Origin: Auanema rhodensis
Taxonomy: Eukaryota; Animalia; Nematoda
Assembly: GCA_964057225.1 (NCBI GenBank)
Contig: OZ059899.1
Location: forward strand, 9,982,001-10,046,000
Length of the DNA: 64,000 nucleotides
Direction: 5' to 3'
The stretch's first letter is position 1. Each line of letters opens with the position of its first letter. A program made the translations under genes and the position numbers. Positions 1 through 11,922 of the stretch are shown piece by piece. A model generated the notes under the pieces. That model saw only the letters and a program-made list of their open reading frames with translations. It searched no databases and was not told the origin of the DNA.

Positions 1-409
1 GAGTTTTATGTAATCATAGAGAAATCAGGATCAGTCTGTTCTGTTGGAGAACTGTAAGACATAAAATTTCAAACTAATAGGCTCTTTATCGAAGTAAATG
101 TATAAGTTTAAATTGGATATCTAACAATCTTTTTCATTTTATTTCTTATTGTTTGTTTTAAAGTAGGAAAAACTAGTTCTTTTCTTTCTAATTTCCATCC
201 CAAATGCTTTCGAATTCCAGAAAAAAATATATACTGCCTTGTTCAACTAAGATTTCAGAAACTCTTATGAAAAAAACTAAGACTATTGTGATGAGAGAAA
301 TTAAGAGAAAAACTATGGAGCTGACATTACATTTTTCTACAATATCACTAGATTCGATATCATTGATATCCTGGAAACGTTATTCCTCTCCTTTTTGTAT
401 ATCAAACGA

Positions 410-654
410 GAGTTTTATGTAATCGTAGAAAAATCAGGATAAGTCTGTTCTGTTGGAGAACTGTAAGACATAAAAATTCAATCTAATAGGCTCTTCATCG
501 AAGTAAATGTATAAGTTAAAATTGGATATCTAACAATCTTTTCATTTTGTTTATTATTGTTTGTTTTAAAATAGAAAAAACTAGTTCTTTTCGTTCTAAT
601 TTCCATCCAAAATGCTTTCGAAATTTCTATCCAATATGCTTTTATATCAAACGA
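410..654 (+). repeat. Representative short monomer S (245 bp = ~225-bp B-type core + 20-bp S-specific tail)
   Basis: Same core with ~13 diagnostic differences from the A-type core. The tail ATTTCTATCCAATATGCTTT replaces the 184-bp L tail. Confidence 0.97.
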
Positions 655-1064
655 GAGTTTTATGTAATCATAGAGAAATCAGGATCAGTCTGTTCTGTTG
701 GAGAACTGTAAGACATAAAATTTCAAACTAATAGGCTCTTTATCGAAGTAAATGTATAAGTTTAAATTGGATATCTAACAATCTTTTTCATTTTATTTCT
801 TATTGTTTGTTTTAAAGTAGGAAAAACTAGTTCTTTTCTTTCTAATTTTCATCCCAAATGCTTTCGAATTCCAGAAAAAAATATATACTGCCTTGTTCAA
901 CTAAGATTTCAGAAACTCTTATGAAAAAAAACTAAGACTATTGTGATGAGAGAAATTAAGAGAAAAACTATGGAGCTGACATTACATTTTTCTACAATAT
1001 CACTAGATTCGATATCATTGATATCCTGGAAACGTTATTCCTCTCCTTTTTGTATATCAAACGA
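655..1064 (+). repeat. Representative long monomer L (410 bp = ~226-bp A-type core + 184-bp L-specific tail)
   Basis: The core ends ...AATGCTTTCGAA and the tail is TTCCAGAAAAAAATATATACTGCC...CCTCTCCTTTTTG. It carries EcoRI (GAATTC) and GATATCATTGATATC, which S lacks. Confidence 0.97.
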
Positions 1065-4000
1065 GAGTTTTATGTAATCGTAGAAAAATCAGGATAAGTC
1101 TGTTCTGTTGGAGAACTGTAAGACATAAAAATTCAATCTAATAGGCTCTTCATCGAAGTAAATGTATAAGTTAAAATTGGATATCTAACAATCTTTTCAT
1201 TTTGTTTATTATTGTTTGTTTTAAAATAGAAAAAACTAGTTCTTTTCGTTCTAATTTCCATCCAAAATGCTTTCGAAATTTCTATCCAATATGCTTTTAT
1301 ATCAAACGAGAGTTTTATGTAATCATAGAGAAATCAGGATCAGTCTGTTCTGTTGGAGAACTGTAAGACATAAAATTTCAAACTAATAGGCTCTTTATCG
1401 AAGTAAATGTATAAGTTTAAATTGGATATCTAACAATCTTTTTCATTTTATTTCTTATTGTTTGTTTTAAAGTAGGAAAAACTAGTTCTTTTCTTTCTAA
1501 TTTTCATCCCAAATGCTTTCGAATTCCAGAAAAAAATATATACTGCCTTGTTCAACTAAGATTTCAGAAACTCTTATGAAAAAAAACTAAGACTATTGTG
1601 ATGAGAGAAATTAAGAGAAAAACTATGGAGCTGACATTACATTTTTCTACAATATCACTAGATTCGATATCATTGATATCCTGGAAACGTTATTCCTCTC
1701 CTTTTTGTATATCAAACGAGAGTTTTATGTAATCGTAGAAAAATCAGGATCAGTCTGTTCTGTTGGAGAACTGTAAGACATAAAATTTCAAACTAATAGG
1801 CTCTTTATCGAAGTAAATGTATAAGTTTAAATTGGATATCTAACAATCTTTTTCATTTTATTTTTTATTGTTTGTTTTAAAGTAGGAAAAACTAGTTCTT
1901 TTCTTTCTAATTTCCATCCCAAATGCTTTCGAATTCCAGAAAAAAATATATACTGCCTTGTTCAACTAAGATTTCAGAAACTCTTATGAAAAAAAACTAA
2001 GACTATTGTGATGAGAGAAATTAAGAGAAAAACTATGGAGCTGACATTACATTTTTCTACAATGTCACTAGATTCGATATCATTGATATCCTGGAAACGT
2101 TATTCCTCTCCTTTTTGTATATCAAACGAGAGTTTTATGTAATCGTAGAAAAATCAGGATCAGTCTGTTCTGTTGGAGAACTGTAAGACATAAAAATTCA
2201 ATCTAATAGGCTCTTCATCGAAGTAAATGTATAAGTTAAAATTGGATATCTAACAATCTTTTCATTTTGTTTATTATTGTTTGTTTTAAAATAGAAAAAA
2301 CTAGTTCTTTTCGTTCTAATTTCCATCCAAAATGCTTTCGAAATTTCTATCCAATATGCTTTTATATCAAACGAGAGTTTTATGTAATCATAGAGAAATC
2401 AGGATCAGTCTGTTCTGTTGGAGAACTGTAAGACATAAAATTTCAAACTAATAGGCTCTTTATCGAAGTAAATGTATAAGTTTAAATTGGATATCTAACA
2501 ATCTTTTTCATTTTATTTCTTATTGTTTGTTTTAAAGTAGGAAAAACTAGTTCTTTTCTTTCTAATTTCCATCCCAAATGCTTTCGAATTCCAGAAAAAA
2601 ATATATACTGCCTTGTTCAACTAAGATTTCAGAAACTCTTATGAAAAAAAACTAAGACTATTGTGATGAGAGAAATTAAGAGAAAAACTATGGAGCTGAC
2701 ATTACATTTTTCTACAATATCACTAGATTCGATATCATTGATATCCTGGAAACGTTATTCCTCTCCTTTTTGTATATCAAACAAGAGTTTTATGTAATCG
2801 TAGAAAAATCAGGATCAGTCTGTTCTGTTGGAGAACTGTAAGACATAAAATTTCAAACTAATAGGCTCTTTATCGAAGTAAATGTATAAGTTTAAATTGG
2901 ATATCTAACAATCTTTTTCATTTTATTTCTTATTGTTTGTTTTAAAGTAGGAAAAACTAGTTCTTTTCTTTCTAATTTCCATCCCAAATGCTTTCGAATT
3001 CCAGAAAAAAATATATACTGCCTTGTTCAACTAAGATTTCAGAAACTCTTATGAAAAAAAACTAAGACTATTGTGATGAGAGAAATTAAGAGAAAAACTA
3101 TGGAGCTGACATTACATTTTTCTACAATGTCACTAGATTCGATATCATTGATATCCTGGAAACGTTATTCCTCTCCTTTTTGTATATCAAACGAGAGTTT
3201 TATGTAATCGTAGAAAAATCAGGATCAGTCTGTTCTGTTGGAGAACTGTAAGACATAAAAATTCAATCTAATAGGCTCTTCATCGAAGTAAATGTATAAG
3301 TTAAAATTGGATATCTAACAATCTTTTCATTTTGTTTATTATTGTTTGTTTTAAAATAGAAAAAACTAGTTCTTTTCGTTCTAATTTCCATCCAAAATGC
3401 TTTCGAAATTTCTATCCAATATGCTTTTATATCAAACGAGAGTTTTATGTAATCATAGAGAAATCAGGATCAGTCTGTTCTGTTGGAGAACTGTAAGACA
3501 TAAAATTTCAAACTAATAGGCTCTTTATCGAAGTAAATGTATAAGTTTAAATTGGATATCTAACAATCTTTTTCATTTTATTTCTTATTGTTTGTTTTAA
3601 AGTAGGAAAAACTAGTTCTTTTCTTTCTAATTTTCATCCCAAATGCTTTCGAATTCCAGAAAAAAAAATATACTGCCTTGTTCAACTAAGATTTCAGAAA
3701 CTCTTATGAAAAAAAACTAAGACTATTGTGATGAGAGAAATTAAGAGAAAAACTATGGAGCTGACATTACATTTTTCTACAATATCACTAGATTCGATAT
3801 CATTGATATCCTGGAAACGTTATTCCTCTCCTTTTTGTATATCAAACAAGAGTTTTATGTAATCGTAGAAAAATCAGGATCAGTCTGTTCTGTTGGAGAA
3901 CTGTAAGACATAAAATTTCAAACTAATAGGCTCTTTATCGAAGTAAATGTATAAGTTTAAATTGGATATCTAACAATCTTTTTCATTTTATTTCTTATTG

Positions 4001-6389
4001 TTTGTTTTAAAGTAGGAAAAACTAGTTCTTTTCTTTCTAATTTCCATCCCAAATGCTTTCGAATTCCAGAAAAAAATATATACTGCCTTGTTCAACTAAG
4101 ATTTCAGAAACTCTTATGAAAAAAAACTAAGACTATTGTGATGAGAGAAATTAAGAGAAAAACTATGGAGCTGACATTACATTTTTCTACAATGTCACTA
4201 GATTCGATATCATTGATATCCTGGAAACGTTATTCCTCTCCTTTTTGTATATCAAACGAGAGTTTTATGTAATCGTAGAAAAATCAGGATCAGTCTGTTC
4301 TGTTGGAGAACTGTAAGACATAAAAATTCAATCTAATAGGCTCTTTATCGAAGTAAATGTATAAGTTTAAATTGGATATCTAACAATCTTTTTCATTTTA
4401 TTTCTTATTGTTTGTTTTAAAGTAGGAAAAACTAGTTCTTTTCTTTCTAATTTTCATCCCAAATGCTTTCGAATTCCAGAAAAAAAAATATACTGCCTTG
4501 TTCAACTAAGATTTCAGAAACTCTTATGAAAAAAAACTAAGACTATTGTGATGAGAGAAATTAAGAGAAAAACTATGGAGCTGACATTACATTTTTCTAC
4601 AATATCACTAGATTCGATATCATTGATATCCTGGAAACGTTATTCCTCTCCTTTTTGTATATCAAACAAGAGTTTTATGTAATCGTAGAAAAATCAGGAT
4701 CAGTCTGTTCTGTTGGAGAACTGTAAGACATAAAATTTCAAACTAATAGGCTCTTTATCGAAGTAAATGTATAAGTTTAAATTGGATATCTAACAATCTT
4801 TTTCATTTTATTTCTTATTGTTTGTTTTAAAGTAGGAAAAACTAGTTCTTTTCTTTCTAATTTCCATCCCAAATGCTTTCGAATTCCAGAAAAAAATATA
4901 TACTGCCTTGTTCAACTAAGATTTCAGAAACTCTTATGAAAAAAAACTAAGACTATTGTGATGAGAGAAATTAAGAGAAAAACTATGGAGCTGACATTAC
5001 ATTTTTCTACAATGTCACTAGATTCGATATCATTGATATCCTGGAAACGTTATTCCTCTCCTTTTTGTATATCAAACGAGAGTTTTATGTAATCGTAGAA
5101 AAATCAGGATCAGTCTGTTCTGTTGGAGAACTGTAAGACATAAAAATTCAATCTAATAGGCTCTTCATCGAAGTAAATGTATAAGTTAAAATTGGATATC
5201 TAACAATCTTTTCATTTTGTTTATTATTGTTTGTTTTAAAATAGAAAAAACTAGTTCTTTTCGTTCTAATTTCCATCCAAAATGCTTTCGAAATTTCTAT
5301 CCAATATGCTTTTATATCAAACGAGAGTTTTATGTAATCATAGAGAAATCAGGATCAGTCTGTTCTGTTGGAGAACTGTAAGACATAAAATTTCAAACTA
5401 ATAGGCTCTTTATCGAAGTAAATGTATAAGTTTAAATTGGATATCTAACAATCTTTTTCATTTTATTTCTTATTGTTTGTTTTAAAGTAGGAAAAACTAG
5501 TTCTTTTCTTTCTAATTTCCATCCCAAATGCTTTCGAATTCCAGAAAAAAATATATACTGCCTTGTTCAACTAAGATTTCAGAAACTCTTATGAAAAAAA
5601 ACTAAGACTATTGTGATGAGAGAAATTAAGAGAAAAACTATGGAGCTGACATTACATTTTTCTACAATATCACTAGATTCGATATCATTGATATCCTGGA
5701 AACGTTATTCCTCTCCTTTTTGTATATCAAACAAGAGTTTTATGTAATCGTAGAAAAATCAGGATCAGTCTGTTCTGTTGGAGAACTGTAAGACATAAAA
5801 TTTCAAACTAATAGGCTCTTTATCGAAGTAAATGTATAAGTTTAAATTGGATATCTAACAATCTTTTTCATTTTATTTCTTATTGTTTGTTTTAAAGTAG
5901 GAAAAACTAGTTCTTTTCTTTCTAATTTCCATCCCAAATGCTTTCGAATTCCAGAAAAAAATATATACTGCCTTGTTCAACTAAGATTTCAGAAACTCTT
6001 ATGAAAAAAAACTAAGACTATTGTGATGAGAGAAATTAAGAGAAAAACTATGGAGCTGACATTACATTTTTCTACAATGTCACTAGATTCGATATCATTG
6101 ATATCCTGGAAACGTTATTCCTCTCCTTTTTGTATATCAAACGAGAGTTTTATGTAATCGTAGAAAAATCAGGATCAGTCTGTTCTGTTGGAGAACTGTA
6201 AGACATAAAAATTCAATCTAATAGGCTCTTCATCGAAGTAAATGTATAAGTTAAAATTGGATATCTAACAATCTTTTCATTTTGTTTATTATTGTTTGTT
6301 TTAAAATAGAAAAAACTAGTTCTTTTCGTTCTAATTTCCATCCAAAATGCTTTCGAAATTTCTATCCAATATGCTTTTATATCAAACGA

Positions 6390-9169
6390 GAGTTTTATGT
6401 AATCATAGAGAAATCAGGATCAGTCTGTTCTGTTGGAGAACTGTAAGACATAAAATTTCAAACTAATAGGCTCTTTATCGAAGTAAATGTATAAGTTTAA
6501 ATTGGATATCTAACAATCTTTTTCATTTTATTTCTTATTGTTTGTTTTAAAGTAGGAAAAACTAGTTCTTTTCTTTCTAATTTCCATCCCAAATGCTTTC
6601 GAATTCCAGAAAAAAATATATACTGCCTTGTTCAACTAAGATTTCAGAAACTCTTATGAAAAAAACTAAGACTATTGTGATGAGAGAAATTAAGAGAAAA
6701 ACTATGGAGCTGACATTACATTTTTCTACAATATCACTAGATTCGATATCATTGATATCCTGGAAACGTTATTCCTCTCCTTTTTGTATATCAAACGAGA
6801 GTTTTATGTAATCGTAGAAAAATCAGGATAAGTCTGTTCTGTTGGAGAACTGTAAGACATAAAAATTCAATCTAATAGGCTCTTCATCGAAGTAAATGTA
6901 TAAGTTAAAATTGGATATCTAACAATCTTTTCATTTTGTTTATTATTGTTTGTTTTAAAATAGAAAAAACTAGTTCTTTTCGTTCTAATTTCCATCCAAA
7001 ATGCTTTCGAAATTTCTATCCAATATGCTTTTATATCAAACGAGAGTTTTATGTAATCATAGAGAAATCAGGATCAGTCTGTTCTGTTGGAGAACTGTAA
7101 GACATAAAATTTCAAACTAATAGGCTCTTTATCGAAGTAAATGTATAAGTTTAAATTGGATATCTAACAATCTTTTTCATTTTATTTCTTATTGTTTGTT
7201 TTAAAGTAGGAAAAACTAGTTCTTTTCTTTCTAATTTTCATCCCAAATGCTTTCGAATTCCAGAAAAAAATATATACTGCCTTGTTCAACTAAGATTTCA
7301 GAAACTCTTATGAAAAAAAACTAAGACTATTGTGATGAGAGAAATTAAGAGAAAAACTATGGAGCTGACATTACATTTTTCTACAATATCACTAGATTCG
7401 ATATCATTGATATCCTGGAAACGTTATTCCTCTCCTTTTTGTATATCAAACGAGAGTTTTATGTAATCGTAGAAAAATCAGGATAAGTCTGTTCTGTTGG
7501 AGAACTGTAAGACATAAAAATTCAATCTAATAGGCTCTTCATCGAAGTAAATGTATAAGTTAAAATTGGATATCTAACAATCTTTTCATTTTGTTTATTA
7601 TTGTTTGTTTTAAAATAGAAAAAACTAGTTCTTTTCGTTCTAATTTCCATCCAAAATGCTTTCGAAATTTCTATCCAATATGCTTTTATATCAAACGAGA
7701 GTTTTATGTAATCATAGAGAAATCAGGATCAGTCTGTTCTGTTGGAGAACTGTAAGACATAAAATTTCAAACTAATAGGCTCTTTATCGAAGTAAATGTA
7801 TAAGTTTAAATTGGATATCTAACAATCTTTTTCATTTTATTTCTTATTGTTTGTTTTAAAGTAGGAAAAACTAGTTCTTTTCTTTCTAATTTTCATCCCA
7901 AATGCTTTCGAATTCCAGAAAAAAATATATACTGCCTTGTTCAACTAAGATTTCAGAAACTCTTATGAAAAAAAACTAAGACTATTGTGATGAGAGAAAT
8001 TAAGAGAAAAACTATGGAGCTGACATTACATTTTTCTACAATATCACTAGATTCGATATCATTGATATCCTGGAAACGTTATTCCTCTCCTTTTTGTATA
8101 TCAAACGAGAGTTTTATGTAATCGTAGAAAAATCAGGATCAGTCTGTTCTGTTGGAGAACTGTAAGACATAAAATTTCAAACTAATAGGCTCTTTATCGA
8201 AGTAAATGTATAAGTTTAAATTGGATATCTAACAATCTTTTTCATTTTATTTTTTATTGTTTGTTTTAAAGTAGGAAAAACTAGTTCTTTTCTTTCTAAT
8301 TTCCATCCCAAATGCTTTCGAATTCCAGAAAAAAATATATACTGCCTTGTTCAACTAAGATTTCAGAAACTCTTATGAAAAAAAACTAAGACTATTGTGA
8401 TGAGAGAAATTAAGAGAAAAACTATGGAGCTGACATTACATTTTTCTACAATGTCACTAGATTCGATATCATTGATATCCTGGAAACGTTATTCCTCTCC
8501 TTTTTGTATATCAAACGAGAGTTTTATGTAATCGTAGAAAAATCAGGATCAGTCTGTTCTGTTGGAGAACTGTAAGACATAAAAATTCAATCTAATAGGC
8601 TCTTCATCGAAGTAAATGTATAAGTTAAAATTGGATATCTAACAATCTTTTCATTTTGTTTATTATTGTTTGTTTTAAAATAGAAAAAACTAGTTCTTTT
8701 CGTTCTAATTTCCATCCAAAATGCTTTCGAAATTTCTATCCAATATGCTTTTATATCAAACGAGAGTTTTATGTAATCATAGAGAAATCAGGATCAGTCT
8801 GTTCTGTTGGAGAACTGTAAGACATAAAATTTCAAACTAATAGGCTCTTTATCGAAGTAAATGTATAAGTTTAAATTGGATATCTAACAATCTTTTTCAT
8901 TTTATTTCTTATTGTTTGTTTTAAAGTAGGAAAAACTAGTTCTTTTCTTTCTAATTTCCATCCCAAATGCTTTCGAATTCCAGAAAAAAATATATACTGC
9001 CTTGTTCAACTAAGATTTCAGAAACTCTTATGAAAAAAAACTAAGACTATTGTGATGAGAGAAATTAAGAGAAAAACTATGGAGCTGACATTACATTTTT
9101 CTACAATATCACTAGATTCGATATCATTGATATCCTGGAAACGTTATTCCTCTCCTTTTTGTATATCAA
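6390..9169 (+). repeat. Block duplication of 1-2780 (offset 6389 bp); a related shortened copy lies at ~14338-17640
   Basis: Same monomer order LSLSLLSL and the same rare variants: 7-A allele (72-aa ORF at 204, 6593, 15606), GGATAAG, TTTTTTATTG and AATGTCACT. Confidence 0.9.
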
Positions 9170-11904
9170 ACGAGAGTTTCATGTGATCGTAGAAAAATCA
9201 GGATCAGTCTGTTCTGTTGGAGAACTGTAAGACATAAAATTTCAAACTAATAGGCTCTTTATCGAAGTAAATGTATAAGTTAAAATTGGATATCTAACAA
9301 TCTTTTTCATTTTATTTCTTATTTTTGTTTTAAAGTAGGAAAAACTAGTTCTTTTCTTTCTAATTTTCATCCCAAATGCTTTCGAATTCCAGAAAAAAAT
9401 ATATACTGCCTTGTTCAACTAAGATTTCAGAAACTCTTATGAAAAAAAACTAAGACTATTGTGATGAGAGAAATTAAGAGAAAAACTATGGAGCTGACAT
9501 TACATTTTTCTACAATATCACTAGATTGGATATCATTGATATCCTGGAAACGTTATTCCTCTCCTTTTTGTATATCAAACGAGAGTTTTATGTAATCGTA
9601 GAAAAATCAGGATCAGTCTGTTCTGTTGGAGAACTGTAAGACATAAAAATTCAATCTAATAGGCTCTTCATCGAAGTAAATGTATAAGTTAAAATTGGAT
9701 ATCTAACAATCTTTTCATTTTGTTTATTATTGTTTGTTTTAAAATAGAAAAAACTAGTTCTTTTCGTTCTAATTTCCATCCAAAATGCTTTCGAAATTTC
9801 TATCCAATATGCTTTTATATCAAACGAGAGTTTTATGTAATCATAGAGAAATCAGGATCAGTCTGTTCTGTTGGAGAACTGTAAGACATAAAATTTCAAA
9901 CTAATAGGCTCTTTATCGAAGTAAATGTATAAGTTTAAATTGGATATCTAACAATCTTTTTCATTTTATTTCTTATTGTTTGTTTTAAAGTAGGAAAAAC
10001 TAGTTCTTTTCTTTCTAATTTTCATCCCAAATGCTTTCGAATTCCAGAAAAAAATATATACTGCCTTGTTCAACTAAGATTTCAGAAACTCTTATGAAAA
10101 AAAACTAAGACTATTGTGATGAGAGAAATTAAGAGAAAAACTATGGAGCTGACATTACATTTTTCTACAATATCACTAGATTCGATATCATTAATATCCT
10201 GGAAACGTTATTCCTCTTCTTTTTGTATATCAAACGAGAGTTTTATGTAATCGTAGAAAAATCAGGATAAGTCTGTTCTGTTGGAGAACTGTAAGACATA
10301 AAAATTCAATCTAATAGGCTCTTCATCGAAGTAAATGTATAAGTTAAAATTGGATATCTAACAATCTTTTCATTTTGTTTATTATTGTTTGTTTTAAAAT
10401 AGAAAAAACTAGTTCTTTTCGTTCTAATTTCCATCCAAAATGCTTTCGAAATTTCTATCCAATATGCTTTTATATCAAACGAGAGTTTTATGTAATCATA
10501 GAGCAATCAGGATCAGTCTGTTCTGTTGGAGAACTGTAAGACATAAAATTTCAAACTAATAGGCTCTTTATCGAAGTAAATGTATAAGTTTAAATTGGAT
10601 ATCTAACAATCTTTTTCATTTTATTTCTTATTGTTTGTTTTAAAGTAGGAAAAACTAGTTCTTTTCTTTCTAATTTCCATCCCAAATGCTTTCGAATTCC
10701 AGAAAAAAATATATACTGCCTTGTTCAACTAAGATTTCAGAAACTCTTATGAAAAAAAACTAAGACTATTGTGATGAGAGAAATTAAGAGAAAAACTATG
10801 GAGCTGACATTACATTTTTCTACAATATCACTAGATTCGATATCATTGATATCCTGGAAACGTTATTCCTCTCCTTTTTGTATATCAAACGAGAGTTTTA
10901 TGTAATCGTAGAAAAATCAGGATAAGTCTGTTCTGTTGGAGAACTGTAAGACATAAAAATTCAATCTAATAGGCTCTTCATCGAAGTAAATGTATAAGTT
11001 AAAATTGGATATCTAACAATCTTTTCATTTTATTTCTTATTGTTTGTTTTAAAGTAGGAAAAACTAGTTCTTTTCTTTCTAATTTTCATTTCAAATGCTT
11101 TCGAATTCCAGAAAAAAATATATACTGCCTTGTTCAACTAAGATTTCAGAAACTCTTATGAAAAAAAACTAAGACTATTGTGATGAGAGAAATTAAGAGA
11201 AAAACTATGGAGCTGACACTACATTTTTCTACAATATCACTAGATTCGATATCATTGATATCCTGGAAACGTTATTCCTCTCCTTTTTGTATATCAAACG
11301 AGAGTTTTATGTAATCGTAGAAAAATCAGGATCAGTCTGTTCTGTTGGAGAACTGTAAGACATAAAAATTCAATCTAATAGGCTCTTTATCGAAGTAAAT
11401 GTATAAGTTTAAATTGGATATCTAACAATCTTTTTCATTTTATTTCTTATTGTTTGTTTTAAAGTAGGAAAAACTAGTTCTTTTCTTTCTAATTTCCATC
11501 CCAAATGCTTTCGAATTCCAGAAAAAAATATATACTGCCTTGTTCAACTAAGATTTCAGAAACTCTTATGAAAAAAAACTAAGACTATTGTGATGAGAGA
11601 AATTAAGAGAAAAACTATGGAGCTGACATTACATTTTTCTACAATATCACTAGATTCGATATCATTGATTTCCTGGAAACGTTATTCCTCTCCTTTTTGT
11701 ATATCAAACGAGAGTTTTATGTAATCGTAGAAAAATCAGGATCAGTCTGTTCTGTTGGAGAACTGTAAGACATAAAAATTCAATCTAATAGGCTTTTCAT
11801 CGAAGTAAATGTATAAGTTAAAATTGGATATCTAACAATCTTTTCATTTTGTTTATTATTGTTTGTTTTAAAATAGAAAAAACTAGTTCTTTTCGTTCTA
11901 ATTT

Positions 11905-11922
11905 CCATTAATTAATTAATGG
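11905..11922. other. Unique perfect 18-bp palindrome CCATTAATTAATTAATGG at an out-of-register S-to-L junction (13 non-satellite bases, 11909-11921)
   Basis: S sequence stops at ...ATTTCCAT (11908) and L sequence resumes at GTTTTAAAGTAGG (11922). The fused unit 11712-12177 is 466 bp = 655 - 202 + 13. Confidence 0.93.

Noticed and set aside
215-397. L tail as an inserted MITE or other transposon
   Set aside because: No terminal inverted repeats or target-site duplication. S is not a clean empty site, because it has a 20-bp replacement.
1-409. CpG depletion or methylation signature
   Set aside because: Five or six CpGs per L unit against roughly eight expected, and only two CpG>CpA polymorphisms, are too few to conclude anything.
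204-422. 72-aa + strand ORF (also at 6593 and 15606)
   Set aside because: It is open only in the three L copies with a 1-bp A-run deletion and is frameshifted in all other L units. No recognisable domain or expression signals.
588-605. CENP-B box-like TTCGTT in S monomers
   Set aside because: Only TTCG matches; the downstream A..CGGG positions of the CENP-B box are absent.
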